Assembly: GCA_965217865.1 (NCBI GenBank)
Contig: CBDCJO010000002.1
Location: 1,152,001-1,216,000 of the forward strand
DNA: 64,000 bases
DNA from: Candidatus Latescibacterota bacterium
GTDB taxonomy: Bacteria > Latescibacterota > UBA2968 > SICM01
Direction of reading: 5' to 3'
Below are positions 20,180 through 29,343 of the stretch, in pieces. The first letter of the stretch is position 1; each line of letters opens with the position of its first letter. The notes under the pieces are model-generated. The model was not told the origin of the DNA, did no database searches, and saw only the letters and a program-made list of their open reading frames with translations. The position numbers and the translations under genes are program-made.

Positions 20180-21625
20180 TTACCTTTCGGGAATCTGAAT
20201 GGTCACGAATCGGTTTCGATGTCCGCGTCTGACCAGGAAATGCACGGTATCGCCGGGCTTCAATCCCCCGATAAGCTCTCGGAATTGTTTCGTGCTCGAC
20301 ACTTTCACGCCTTTGACGGACTTGATCAGGTCCCGGGGCCGAAGCCCGGCTTCGGCCCCGGGGCTGCCCGGAACGACCTGCGTGATCACAACCCCGGTGT
20401 GTCCTCTGTAACCTAATTGTTCGGCCAATTCAGGCGCCAGTTCCTGCACCTCCATCCCCAGGCCTCGCGCGGTTGCCTGCCCGCGAAACCCTTCCTGTTC
20501 CTCCTCTTTCATGGACGCCATGGACTCACCCCGCTCCCCGAGAATCACGGTAATACGCAGCTCTTTCCCCCCGCGCAGGATCTTCAACGCCACGGGTTGT
20601 CCGGGCTTGAAATCTGCGATCGTATTGATGAGATGGTTGCGGTTTTTTATCTTCTTCTCACCCACCGCAAGGACCACGTCCTCCTCCATCACACCCGCTT
20701 TCTGCGAAGGACTATTCGCAATAACCTCGGTGACAATCGCCCCCTCCGAGGAATCGAGCCCCAGGCTGGACGCGATCTGATCCGTCACCTCGTCAATATA
20801 AACCCCCAGAAAGCCTCGCGTCACCTTCCCCGTGGCCACCAGACTCTCCATTACCTGGCGGGCAAGATTGATCGGGATGGCGAATCCGTAGCCCACATAA
20901 GCCCCCGTAGGACTCTCGATCGCCGAGTTGATCCCCACGACCTCCCCGTCCAGGTTGACCAGAGCCCCCCCTGAATTGCCGGGATTGATCGCGGCATCGG
21001 TCTGAATAAAATCGGTGAATGTCAGGTTCAATCCCTTCAGATCCCTTCCCATGGCGCTCACGATCCCCGCTGTGACCGTGTGCGTTAGACCAAAGGGATT
21101 CCCGATGGCCATGACCCATTCCCCGATTTGGAGTTTGTCCGAATTGCCCAAACGGGCGAAGGTAAGGTTGTCCGCTTCGATACGGACGACGGCAATGTCC
21201 GACTCAGGATCCTTGCCCACGACCTTCGCCGGAAACTTTCGGCCGTCGGCCAGGACCACCGTAATCGTCTCCGCCTTGTCCACGACGTGATTGTTCGTCA
21301 AAATGGTTCCTGCCCCGTCGACGATCACCCCGGACCCCAGGCCCGTCTGTTTTCTCGATTTAGGGGGCACGGGTGGATGACGGAAAAATTGTCTGAAAAA
21401 AGGGTCGTCAAGCGGATCAAATCCGCGAGCGGCCGTCACCGTTGACTCGGTCGTGATCGAAACGATGGTGGGATCGACCTGTCGGGCAACATCTGCGAAA
21501 GCCTTGCTCAACTCCTTGGCGTAGTCCTTTCCGGTCTGGGCATCCGCCGTCACCGGCCATATCAGGACGATCGACATCAACAGGAACACGAGAATTGCGC
21601 CTCTGCGGTAAAAAAAGGTCGGCAT
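20180..21625 (-). CDS. degP: DegP/HtrA (Do) family serine protease with two PDZ domains
   Basis: Signal peptide, GLGSGVI, TNNHVV, SDIAV and TDAAINPGNSGG. Confidence 0.95.
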   Translation of the reverse strand: MPTFFYRRGAILVFLLMSIVLIWPVTADAQTGKDYAKELSKAFADVARQVDPTIVSITTESTVTAARGFDPLDDPFFRQFFRHPPVPPKSRKQTGLGSGVIVDGAGTILTNNHVVDKAETITVVLADGRKFPAKVVGKDPESDIAVVRIEADNLTFARLGNSDKLQIGEWVMAIGNPFGLTHTVTAGIVSAMGRDLKGLNLTFTDFIQTDAAINPGNSGGALVNLDGEVVGINSAIESPTGAYVGYGFAIPINLARQVMESLVATGKVTRGFLGVYIDEVTDQIASSLGLDSSEGAIVTEVIANSPSQKAGVMEEDVVLAVGEKKIKNRNHLINTIADFKPGQPVALKILRGGKELRITVILGERGESMASMKEEEQEGFRGQATARGLGMEVQELAPELAEQLGYRGHTGVVITQVVPGSPGAEAGLRPRDLIKSVKGVKVSSTKQFRELIGGLKPGDTVHFLVRRGHRNRFVTIQIPER

Positions 21626-21735
21626 CTTGGATTCAGCACTCCTTTCAAGCTGAATATTTAAACGTTAACTGGAAACGGGTTTGGGTGACTCGATTAATAC
21701 CGTCGAGCATTCTGGCTGAGGCCTCAACCGCAGAT

Positions 21736-21762
21736 AAGACTCCCAATTCCCGCTAAGGTTCC
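21736..21762 (-). promoter_or_regulatory. ECF/sigmaE-type promoter upstream of degP
   Basis: Minus strand reads GGAACC-N16-GTCTT, resembling the RpoE consensus GGAACT-N16-GTCAA. Confidence 0.55.
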
Positions 21763-21809
21763 GCAGAAGCCCATTTCTTACGCCTTTGCTATATTAAGTC
21801 TAAATTTTT

Positions 21810-21839
21810 CAATATAGTATACTCTTTTGTCTGAGTCAA
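21810..21839 (-). promoter_or_regulatory. Sigma70-type promoter upstream of degP
   Basis: Minus strand reads TTGACT-N17-TATATT. Confidence 0.5.
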
Positions 21840-22094
21840 ATAAAATCAAAAGGGGATTGTCCCATTCCGTGGAGCCGGCCAAAACGATATACAGAATACC
21901 CCTCATAAGTGCCCGTAACGCCTCCAATCGGTCTGAGCATGATGTCTTATTTCCACTCTTGACATTTTTTGAAAAAAGGTTATCGTACAGACGTTCTGAT
22001 ACAATCGATAAATACCCTGATAATACAAGTCATACGCCCGGTTGCAGAACGGTGTGAGACTCCACTCCGAGCGTTTCATTTTTCGGGAGGTAAG

Positions 22095-23216
22095 ATGTCA
22101 AACGCAGACGGCCCTCAACCTGGACAGCCCGACTGGAAAATCATCGCACGGGATGGCCCCAGGACCGCTGCAGACTTGTCGGAACATTTCGACGTTGAAG
22201 AGGAGACGATAGACAGGGTTCGAGAAGAGTTCCCGATGTTCGTGAATACCTACTGGCTGAGTCAAATGAAGGAGAAGGGAGACATCTTCTGGAAGCAGGT
22301 AGTACCCGACGCTGCTGAACTCAACGATCCCATCGGAATACCGGATCCCCTGGACGAAGAAGGTGACAGTCCTGTCCCCAACCTCACCCATCGCTACCCC
22401 GACCGCGTCCTCCTCCTGGTCAACCACCAGTGCCCCATCTACTGCCGCTTCTGTACTCGCAAACGGAAGGTCGGTCAGCCCGAGTTTTTCTCGACGGCCC
22501 TCGTGGATCAAGGGATCGAATATATCCGAAACCATCCGGAAGTCAGGGACGTGATCGTCTCAGGGGGTGACCCCCTCATGCTTTCCGATCGTCGTATAGA
22601 ATACATCGCCCGGTCCCTTCGGTCCATCCCCCACCTTGAGATCATCCGATTCGGGAGTAAAGTCCCGTGTGCTCTCCCACAGCGGATCACCCCCGAACTC
22701 TGCGATATTCTGAAAAAGTACCATCCGGTTTTTATCAACACCCATTTCAATCATCCCGATGAGATCACGCCGGATTCAAAAAGGGCGTGCGAGCTTCTGG
22801 CTGATGCCGGCATTCCCGTCAGCAATCAGGCCGTCCTGCTTAAAGGGATCAATGACGACGCGGAAGTGATGAAGCGCCTCGTGCAGAAACTTTTGGCTAT
22901 CCGGGTTCGGCCCTATTATCTTTTTCAAGCTGACATCGTCACGGGGACGGAACACTTTAGAACCAGCGTTGAAAAGGGACTCGAAATTATCTCAGCCCTT
23001 CGAGGACACACCTCGGGGCTGGCCGTGCCCCATTATGTGATCGACGCCCCGGGGGGCGGGGGCAAAGTCCCGATCCTACCTGAAACCGTGGTGGGCTGGG
23101 AGGGGAATAACATCCTCCTCAAGAACTACGAAGGGAAGGTATTCGTATATCCGAACCCGAATGGGGATTCGGATGTCGAAACTGCTCGACAGGAAAGCTC
23201 ATTGTGCACGGGGTGA
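22095..23216 (+). CDS. kamA: KamA family radical SAM protein (lysine 2,3-aminomutase-like)
   Basis: THRYPDRVL, CPIYCRFCTRKR, SGGDPL, THFNHP, RPYY and DAPGGGGK (PLP lysine). Start set at ATG 22095 after GGGAGG. Confidence 0.92.
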   Translation: MSNADGPQPGQPDWKIIARDGPRTAADLSEHFDVEEETIDRVREEFPMFVNTYWLSQMKEKGDIFWKQVVPDAAELNDPIGIPDPLDEEGDSPVPNLTHRYPDRVLLLVNHQCPIYCRFCTRKRKVGQPEFFSTALVDQGIEYIRNHPEVRDVIVSGGDPLMLSDRRIEYIARSLRSIPHLEIIRFGSKVPCALPQRITPELCDILKKYHPVFINTHFNHPDEITPDSKRACELLADAGIPVSNQAVLLKGINDDAEVMKRLVQKLLAIRVRPYYLFQADIVTGTEHFRTSVEKGLEIISALRGHTSGLAVPHYVIDAPGGGGKVPILPETVVGWEGNNILLKNYEGKVFVYPNPNGDSDVETARQESSLCTG

Positions 23217-23219
23217 TCC

Positions 23220-24275
23220 ATGTCGGAAATGCTCACTCTGGAACAGACCCTGCGGCCGCGTACGCGGGAGGGGGAACTTTACGAAAGGCTCCCGGGGGAC
23301 AGCCTGCGCTGTTTCGCCTGCGGTCATCGATGCCTGATCCGGGAAGGACGACCCGGTATTTGCAAAGTCCGGTACAATGAAGGCGGCACGCTTTTCGTTC
23401 CCTGGGGTTATGTCGGCGGTATACAACTCGACCCCATCGAGAAGAAACCCTTTTTTCACGCCTTCCCCGGTGCATCCGCCCTCAGTTTCGGTATGTTGGG
23501 GTGCGACTTCCATTGCTCCTACTGTCAGAACTACGTTACCTCTCAAGCCCTCCGCGATCCGAGCGCCATTTCCCCTCCTCAGGATGTAACCCCCGAGAAA
23601 TTTGTGGCGACGGCCAAGCGTTATGGGGCCCGGGTCGTGACCAGCACCTACAACGAGCCCCTGATCACCAGCGAATGGGGAGGCGCCATCTTCAAGGAAG
23701 CGAAGCAGGCGGGCCTTGTCTGTTCCTACGTATCCAACGGCAATGCGACTCCGGAAGTCCTCGACTATATAAGGCCCTACGTCGATCTCTACAAAGTCGA
23801 CCTGAAGTCCTTCGACGACAAACACTACCGCAAGCTTGGCGGCACGTTGAAGAATGTGCTGGATAGCATCCAGATGCTGCAAGATCGGGGTTTCTGGCTG
23901 GAAATCGTGACCCTCATCATTCCCGGCTTCAACGACTCCGACTCCGAACTTCGGGAAATCGCCAGGTTCCTGGTTTCAATCTCAAACGACATCCCCTGGC
24001 ACGTCACCGCCTTTCACAAAGACTACAAGATGTTGGACCCCGACAACACGTCAGTTGAAACCCTCATGCGTGCGACAAGTATCGGCAGGAATGAAGGGTT
24101 GCGTTACGTTTACGCCGGCAACCTCCCGGGTATGGTCGGGGATAACGAGAATACCCGTTGTCCATCGTGCGATACCCTGTTGATCGAAAGATACGGTTTC
24201 CGGGTTCTCCAAAATCGGATCGAAAACGGAAGATGTTACAGCTGTGAAACACCGATTCCCGGTCGATGGGAGTGA
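23220..24275 (+). CDS. amrS: AmmeMemoRadiSam system radical SAM enzyme
   Basis: CFACGHRC...GICKVR, DPIEKKPFFH, GCDFHCSYCQN, YNEP, YVYAGN, and C-terminal CPSC/CYSC. Confidence 0.92.
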   Translation: MSEMLTLEQTLRPRTREGELYERLPGDSLRCFACGHRCLIREGRPGICKVRYNEGGTLFVPWGYVGGIQLDPIEKKPFFHAFPGASALSFGMLGCDFHCSYCQNYVTSQALRDPSAISPPQDVTPEKFVATAKRYGARVVTSTYNEPLITSEWGGAIFKEAKQAGLVCSYVSNGNATPEVLDYIRPYVDLYKVDLKSFDDKHYRKLGGTLKNVLDSIQMLQDRGFWLEIVTLIIPGFNDSDSELREIARFLVSISNDIPWHVTAFHKDYKMLDPDNTSVETLMRATSIGRNEGLRYVYAGNLPGMVGDNENTRCPSCDTLLIERYGFRVLQNRIENGRCYSCETPIPGRWE

Positions 24276-24303
24276 AACCCGGATCCATTCTTGAGGACGC
24301 CAT

Positions 24304-24579
24304 ATGACCACAACGGATAATCCGGAACTTCGCGATGCTCTGGCGGTTATGCTGAGGTTGATCGAAGATCGTTCATCTTTCGAGAGAAACGCGGAAAAAC
24401 ACTCCGAAAAACTCGGAGAACTGCTCCAGCGCGTTGAGAATTTGAAAGCGGAGCTTCCCGAAGACGCCCCGGAGATGCTTCGCCACTTTCTCGAGAAGAG
24501 GAGCTATACCAAGGCCTTCGAATTCTTGATGAACCAGATGACCCCGGAGGAACAGGCCGCCTGGAAGCCGGCCTGTTGA
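24304..24579 (+). CDS. Small helical hypothetical protein (91 aa)
   Basis: GAGG ribosome binding site, co-directional with amrS and followed by a terminator. Contains LRHFLEKRSYTKA and ends in WKPAC. Confidence 0.7.
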   Translation: MTTTDNPELRDALAVMLRLIEDRSSFERNAEKHSEKLGELLQRVENLKAELPEDAPEMLRHFLEKRSYTKAFEFLMNQMTPEEQAAWKPAC

Positions 24580-24605
24580 ATCCCGCGATCCACTTGCTAA
24601 AAACC

Positions 24606-24642
24606 AAAGGCCCTGACGCGCACGCACAGGGCCTTTTTGTTT
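24606..24642. terminator. Rho-independent terminator, probably bidirectional
   Basis: AAAGGCCCTG / CAGGGCCTTT stem with a T run, between convergent genes. Confidence 0.75.
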
Positions 24643-24666
24643 GTCCGAACTTCACAGTTGAAAGGA

Positions 24667-25809
24667 CTACGCCGCGAACACCACGACCTTCCGGGGATTG
24701 AAGGTCACGCTGGCAGGATCCCCGACCTTTGTCCGGGTGAGATCCTGACATGCCTCAACGACTTTGATCGAGGTGCCGTTGTCAAGCTTCAAGAAGAAAT
24801 GCTCTATATCCCCGAGGTACATAATGTCTTCCACCGTGCCTGAGATCTGGTTATCTCCGGGCTCTGAATTGCCAGATACCAGGTTGAGGGCCTCCGGGCG
24901 GATCGAACAGATCACCGAGTCCCCCTCCCGAAGGGCTTCGGGGCAACAGTTCGAGATGATCCTCCCGACCGAGGTCTCCACCTCAACTTCCATCCCGGAT
25001 GACTGAGACTTCGGCTCCGGGCTCCGGACTCCGGGCTCTGGTCCCTCACCCTCATGCTCTGGTTTTCCGATTTTCGAAATCCGCCCAGCGATGAAATTCG
25101 TCTCCCCGATAAAGCCCGCCACGAAACGGTTTTCGGGCATGTCGTATAAACCCCTCGGCTCTCCTATCTGAACCACCTTCCCCGCTTCTATAACAGCGAT
25201 TCGGTCCGCCATGGACAGAGCCTCTTTCTGATCGTGTGTCACATAGATCATCGTGATCCCGAGTTCGCAGTGAAGCTTCCTGATCTGTTCCCTCATCTCG
25301 AACCGAAGTTTGGCGTCAAGGTTGGACAAAGGTTCATCCAGCAGGACAGCATCCGGCTGAATCACCAGAGCTCGAGCCAGGGCAACCCGCTGCTGTTGTC
25401 CCCCGGAGAGCTGATTGGGCGAACGTTCGGCATACGCACCCATCTGGACCATCTCCAGGGCATCTCGAACCCGACGCTCGCGTTCAGAGGGGTGGATACC
25501 TCTCACGGTAAGGCCGTATTCGACGTTTTTATAAACGTCCATGTGCGGCCAGAGGGCATAGTTTTGAAAAACCATCCCTGTATTCCGCTTGTGAGGCGGG
25601 GTTTGACTCACATCCCGGTCGTTGAAAAGGATTCGACCACCGTCGGGAAGGAAGAACCCCGCGACCAGCCGAAGAAGGGTGGACTTCCCGCACCCGGAGG
25701 GACCGAGGACGAAAAAAAGCTCTCCCTTTTCGATCCGTAGAGAGATATCCCACACCGCTTTCACTTCCCCGAATCTCTTAGTCACCTTCTCAAGCGTTAC
25801 GCTGATCAA
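24667..25809 (-). CDS. ABC transporter ATP-binding protein (FbpC/PotA-like, with TOBE domain)
   Basis: GPSGCGKS, VFQNYALWPH, LSGGQQQR, LLDEPLSNLD and YVTHDQ. Confidence 0.93.
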   Translation of the reverse strand: MISVTLEKVTKRFGEVKAVWDISLRIEKGELFFVLGPSGCGKSTLLRLVAGFFLPDGGRILFNDRDVSQTPPHKRNTGMVFQNYALWPHMDVYKNVEYGLTVRGIHPSERERRVRDALEMVQMGAYAERSPNQLSGGQQQRVALARALVIQPDAVLLDEPLSNLDAKLRFEMREQIRKLHCELGITMIYVTHDQKEALSMADRIAVIEAGKVVQIGEPRGLYDMPENRFVAGFIGETNFIAGRISKIGKPEHEGEGPEPGVRSPEPKSQSSGMEVEVETSVGRIISNCCPEALREGDSVICSIRPEALNLVSGNSEPGDNQISGTVEDIMYLGDIEHFFLKLDNGTSIKVVEACQDLTRTKVGDPASVTFNPRKVVVFAA

Positions 25810-26047
25810 TGGATTGACCTCTCGATCTTAGAGTCTTAATCCAACTTCTTCGCAAGATGCGTACATATATCTTGTAGAGGGGTGCCGAGCTTGCGAGGCG
25901 GGGTGAGGGAGGACGACGACATTCCAAAATATCATAGCCCCTCCCAGAAAATTTCTCCGCAAGGTGTTTCCATCTTTTTGATTTCAGCTGAGAGAAACAA
26001 AGGCTGCGTTAGGATTCGAGACCCGCACACCCCGACAGAGGGTCTAA

Positions 26048-26989
26048 TCAGAACCATTTTTTCCGAATGAGCCAGGTCAATGAAACGATCAACAGAATGG
26101 CAGCGACCCCGAAGACGAGTAGAAAGCTGAACCTCGCATCGTTGTTCAAACCGTAGAAGCCCGCGATGAGGCCCAAGGGCAACAGAAATCCGACCACGGC
26201 GGTTAGGTTTCGCAGCGTTTTTTTTAACCGCACGGAGGTGAGAAGGATGTAGGAATCCGTGAGACCGTTCAGCATGTCCCAGCACGCCTTTGACCTTTCC
26301 GAGATTTCAGCCATGCGGTCTAAGGCACCTCGGAAATTGATCGATTGTTCAGGGGAAATAAATCGATCGGCGTTTCGCAGCCCGTGGAGAGCATCCCGTT
26401 GTGGACCGGCCAGTCGCCGCATGGACAGGATCTCCCTTTTAAGCCTTGGGATATCCGTCAGGTCGGAGTCCGCATCGTCCTTGACAATTCCGTTCTCAAG
26501 CCGTTTCACCCGTTGGTCGAACCGCTCGACCGCAGGAGGAAAGTCCGCCATGAGGCCTTCGATGATCACCTTCAGGAGCCGCTCCGGAGATTCGAGGAGT
26601 TTTTCCGGATGATTCACGACCTTACCCCGGGTGTTGAAGACACTTGGGATATTCTGTTTGTGGAAGCTAACGAGAAAATTATCACCCAGAAATATCCCGA
26701 TCGGATGGGTCCCAAATCCCTCTTTTACGGAATCCAGTGCTTTTAGGATCAGAAAGATATAATCTCCATAGTCATCCAATTTCGGAGATGGGTCATCCCG
26801 GAGGCAATCCTCCACGGCCAGCGAATGAAAACCGAGTAAGCCGTTCAGGACACCGGTCTCCTCATCGGTTGGATCTTCCAGATCCGCCCAGAACATTCGG
26901 TCCTTTTCCATCAAGAGCTGGGGGATGTCCTTGAGGGTGGGGGTCTTCAACCGGTTTCCCTCACGCGATAATGCGAAGATGCGAATCAT
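26048..26989 (-). CDS. CorA family divalent cation transporter
   Basis: WADLEDP, FHSLAVED, PKLDDY and two C-terminal TMs. Signature reads YGLN rather than GMN. Confidence 0.85.
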   Translation of the reverse strand: MIRIFALSREGNRLKTPTLKDIPQLLMEKDRMFWADLEDPTDEETGVLNGLLGFHSLAVEDCLRDDPSPKLDDYGDYIFLILKALDSVKEGFGTHPIGIFLGDNFLVSFHKQNIPSVFNTRGKVVNHPEKLLESPERLLKVIIEGLMADFPPAVERFDQRVKRLENGIVKDDADSDLTDIPRLKREILSMRRLAGPQRDALHGLRNADRFISPEQSINFRGALDRMAEISERSKACWDMLNGLTDSYILLTSVRLKKTLRNLTAVVGFLLPLGLIAGFYGLNNDARFSFLLVFGVAAILLIVSLTWLIRKKWF

Positions 26990-28389
26990 TCCCGAAGCCC
27001 CCCTCGTTTCCAGAGATAGATCACCATGCCGGCCAAAAGGGTAACCGAGAAAGCCAATGTCAGCGCATCGATCCAGCTTACCCCATCTGCTTCACACCCC
27101 CCCTTATATTTCTCACGCGCAAAGTTCATCCAGGATGCCATGTGTCGACTCCGAAACTCCGGGTCCTTCCAGCGGTCGGCGAGGTCGAGGGCCCCCGCCT
27201 CGGATACGGGAACAGCGGAAAGACGTCGGAGTCCCTCCTGCGTCAAACCGTTCCTGATCTCCCGCTTCGACGCCTCGACCAGTTGTGTGTGAGAGTCGAT
27301 CAGGAGAATCCCGATCATATCGTTCAACACCCTCCAACGCTTGGATCCCTTGGCGCTGTCATAGCGAAGGCCGGCCTTCCAGAGGAAAGGGTTGTCCGTA
27401 ACATTCGATAAAAGGCCCTGCCGGCCATAGAGATCGGGAATCACACAAAAACGCCTGAGTTCGAATTGAAGGGGACCCTCCGGAGCGCTCTTCTTAAGCA
27501 TCAACAGTTTCTGGCCGGCTTCGGACATGACGAACTTGATGAATTCAACGGCCACGGCCTGATGGGGAGCACCCTTCAGGATGGCGATGGCATCCGGGTT
27601 GATCGCGGTCAGTCCCTTCGGCAACACGAACCCGATTTTGTCCTCACCGGCCTCGGCGATTTGAACCGCTGCGTAGAAGTCGAGGCTCATCCCATAGGCG
27701 ACCTCGCCCACGGCGACATCCTTGGGTGTCTGACTGCTGCCTGACACAAAATTCCTCACATTGCCCGCGATCGATGTCAGGACTTCCCACCCCTTCTCCC
27801 AACCATAAGCCTGCAGGATGATCTCGTAGGCCATGTGCACCGCACCGCTGCCCCTCGGGTCCCCGGATCCCACCCAGGAGAGCAACCTGGGATCCCCCAG
27901 GTCCGCCCAGGTTTTCGGTTCCGGAAGGTCCAGGATACGGAGGACGACGCGGTTATAAAGGATCCCAAACCCAGACATCGCCGCCCCGTACCATCGGTAT
28001 TCCGGGTCATAGATGGGCAACCCCCCGATCTCCCGGCCCAGAGGGTTCAGAACGTCGTCGGGGAGTCTGTAGGGGTGAAGAAGATCGAGGTCCGCGAGTT
28101 GAAAATAGGGATCTACCCCACCCCCGAAAAAGACATCGATGCCGATCCCCCCCGGCCGTCTGCGATACTCGGATCGGATGTAGCGCAGGATGTCGCTCGT
28201 CCCCCCGATCGAGAGCCACTCCAACTCCACTTCACGTCCGGTCTGTGCCTTGTAGTGTCGCTTGAAGCCTTGTTCATACTCGTAACGAATCCCTTCCCAG
28301 TGAGGGGAGACGAGGACAAGCTTCTCTTCTGCGGGGGCGGGGGTTGAAAAAGTGAGGAAAAACAAAAAGAAACCGGAGGCGTTGAACAT
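26986..28389 (-). CDS. ABC extracellular solute-binding protein (Fe3+/AfuA-like) with C-terminal TM anchor
   Basis: Signal peptide, DVFFGGG, GILYN, PKTWADL, DPRGSG, AIAILKGAP and a hydrophobic C-terminus. Confidence 0.85.
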   Translation of the reverse strand: MFNASGFFLFFLTFSTPAPAEEKLVLVSPHWEGIRYEYEQGFKRHYKAQTGREVELEWLSIGGTSDILRYIRSEYRRRPGGIGIDVFFGGGVDPYFQLADLDLLHPYRLPDDVLNPLGREIGGLPIYDPEYRWYGAAMSGFGILYNRVVLRILDLPEPKTWADLGDPRLLSWVGSGDPRGSGAVHMAYEIILQAYGWEKGWEVLTSIAGNVRNFVSGSSQTPKDVAVGEVAYGMSLDFYAAVQIAEAGEDKIGFVLPKGLTAINPDAIAILKGAPHQAVAVEFIKFVMSEAGQKLLMLKKSAPEGPLQFELRRFCVIPDLYGRQGLLSNVTDNPFLWKAGLRYDSAKGSKRWRVLNDMIGILLIDSHTQLVEASKREIRNGLTQEGLRRLSAVPVSEAGALDLADRWKDPEFRSRHMASWMNFAREKYKGGCEADGVSWIDALTLAFSVTLLAGMVIYLWKRGGLRE

Positions 28390-28395
28390 AGTCGT

Positions 28396-28424
28396 ATTGT
28401 AGCATGCAGGGTCTTCAAAGTCAA
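28396..28424 (-). promoter_or_regulatory. Sigma70 promoter, probably giving a leaderless transcript
   Basis: TTGACT-N17-TACAAT ends 6 nt before the ATG at 28389, with no Shine-Dalgarno sequence. Confidence 0.6.
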
Positions 28425-28625
28425 CACGATTTATACTTCATTGGGCGATCCTTTGACCACGAAGTCATCGCTTAAAAACGAATGAATCCAACGATTCGAG
28501 ATCTTTTTCACCCAATCATCTTGAGGCATTTTGAGGGTGAATTGCCGTTATAAATAACTATAAAATCTATATATATATTCTAATTTTGGAATTGGAAAAA
28601 TTAATCTCTTTACAAAAGATTAAAA

Positions 28626-28653
28626 CATACGTATGATTTAATCATACGTTTGA
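28626..28653. promoter_or_regulatory. Palindromic operator, likely TetR binding site
   Basis: Perfect ACGTATGATT-T-AATCATACGT (28629-28649) with overlapping CATACGTATG, in AT-rich DNA about 45 nt before the tetR start. Confidence 0.7.
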
Positions 28654-28692
28654 TTAAATTGGCCTCAATTAGCCTCTCGAGAGGTTACTCTT

Positions 28693-29343
28693 ATGAATGT
28701 TGCCCACACCCGCGAGCGTCTCCTCGACGCCGCAGAAAGCCTGTTTGCCAAGAATGGCATCAACGCCACGTCGCTCCGGGCCATCACAGCAGCCGCAGAG
28801 GCGAACCTGGCCTCCGTCCACTACCATTTCGGCTCCAAGGACGCTCTGACTCAGGCTGTCTTCGCAAGACGGCTCGATCCCCTGAACCGGGAACGTCTCC
28901 GGCTCCTCAACAGCTTAGAGGCGGCCGAATTGACGCCGCCTCCCCTCGAATCGATCATCGAAGCGTTCGTGGCCCCCGCCTTGAGCATGAGACAGGACCC
29001 CTCACGCGGCGGGGGGGACTTCTGTTTGCTCATGGGGCGAATCTATTCCGAACCGGCCGAGTTGAGGCTTTCCATCCTCGAGCATTTCGATGAGGTCTCT
29101 CGCCGCTTCACCGCCGTCCTGAGCCGGGTTCTCCCCGATCTCCCAAAACCAGAACTCCTCTGGAAATTCTTCTTTATGATCGGCAGCATGGTCATGACCC
29201 TGGTCGGGGCCGATATCATCGCCCAGAGATCGGGCGGAATCTGCGATCCAACGGACGTACAGGGGGTCCTTCGCAGACTCGTTGCATATATAGCCGCCGG
29301 GATGCGCGCATCAATCCCCGAAAACGCCGGAGGAAAACCTTGA
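28693..29343 (+). CDS. TetR/AcrR family regulator (PsrA-like)
   Basis: TRERLLDAAESLFA...TSLRAIT...NLASVHYHFGSKDAL helix-turn-helix. Confidence 0.93.
   Translation: MNVAHTRERLLDAAESLFAKNGINATSLRAITAAAEANLASVHYHFGSKDALTQAVFARRLDPLNRERLRLLNSLEAAELTPPPLESIIEAFVAPALSMRQDPSRGGGDFCLLMGRIYSEPAELRLSILEHFDEVSRRFTAVLSRVLPDLPKPELLWKFFFMIGSMVMTLVGADIIAQRSGGICDPTDVQGVLRRLVAYIAAGMRASIPENAGGKP

Noticed and set aside
24568-24600. C-terminal Cys-Sec in the 91 aa protein
   Set aside because: The only downstream hairpin is a terminator-like stem, so there is not enough support for a selenoprotein call. Noted under the operon finding only.
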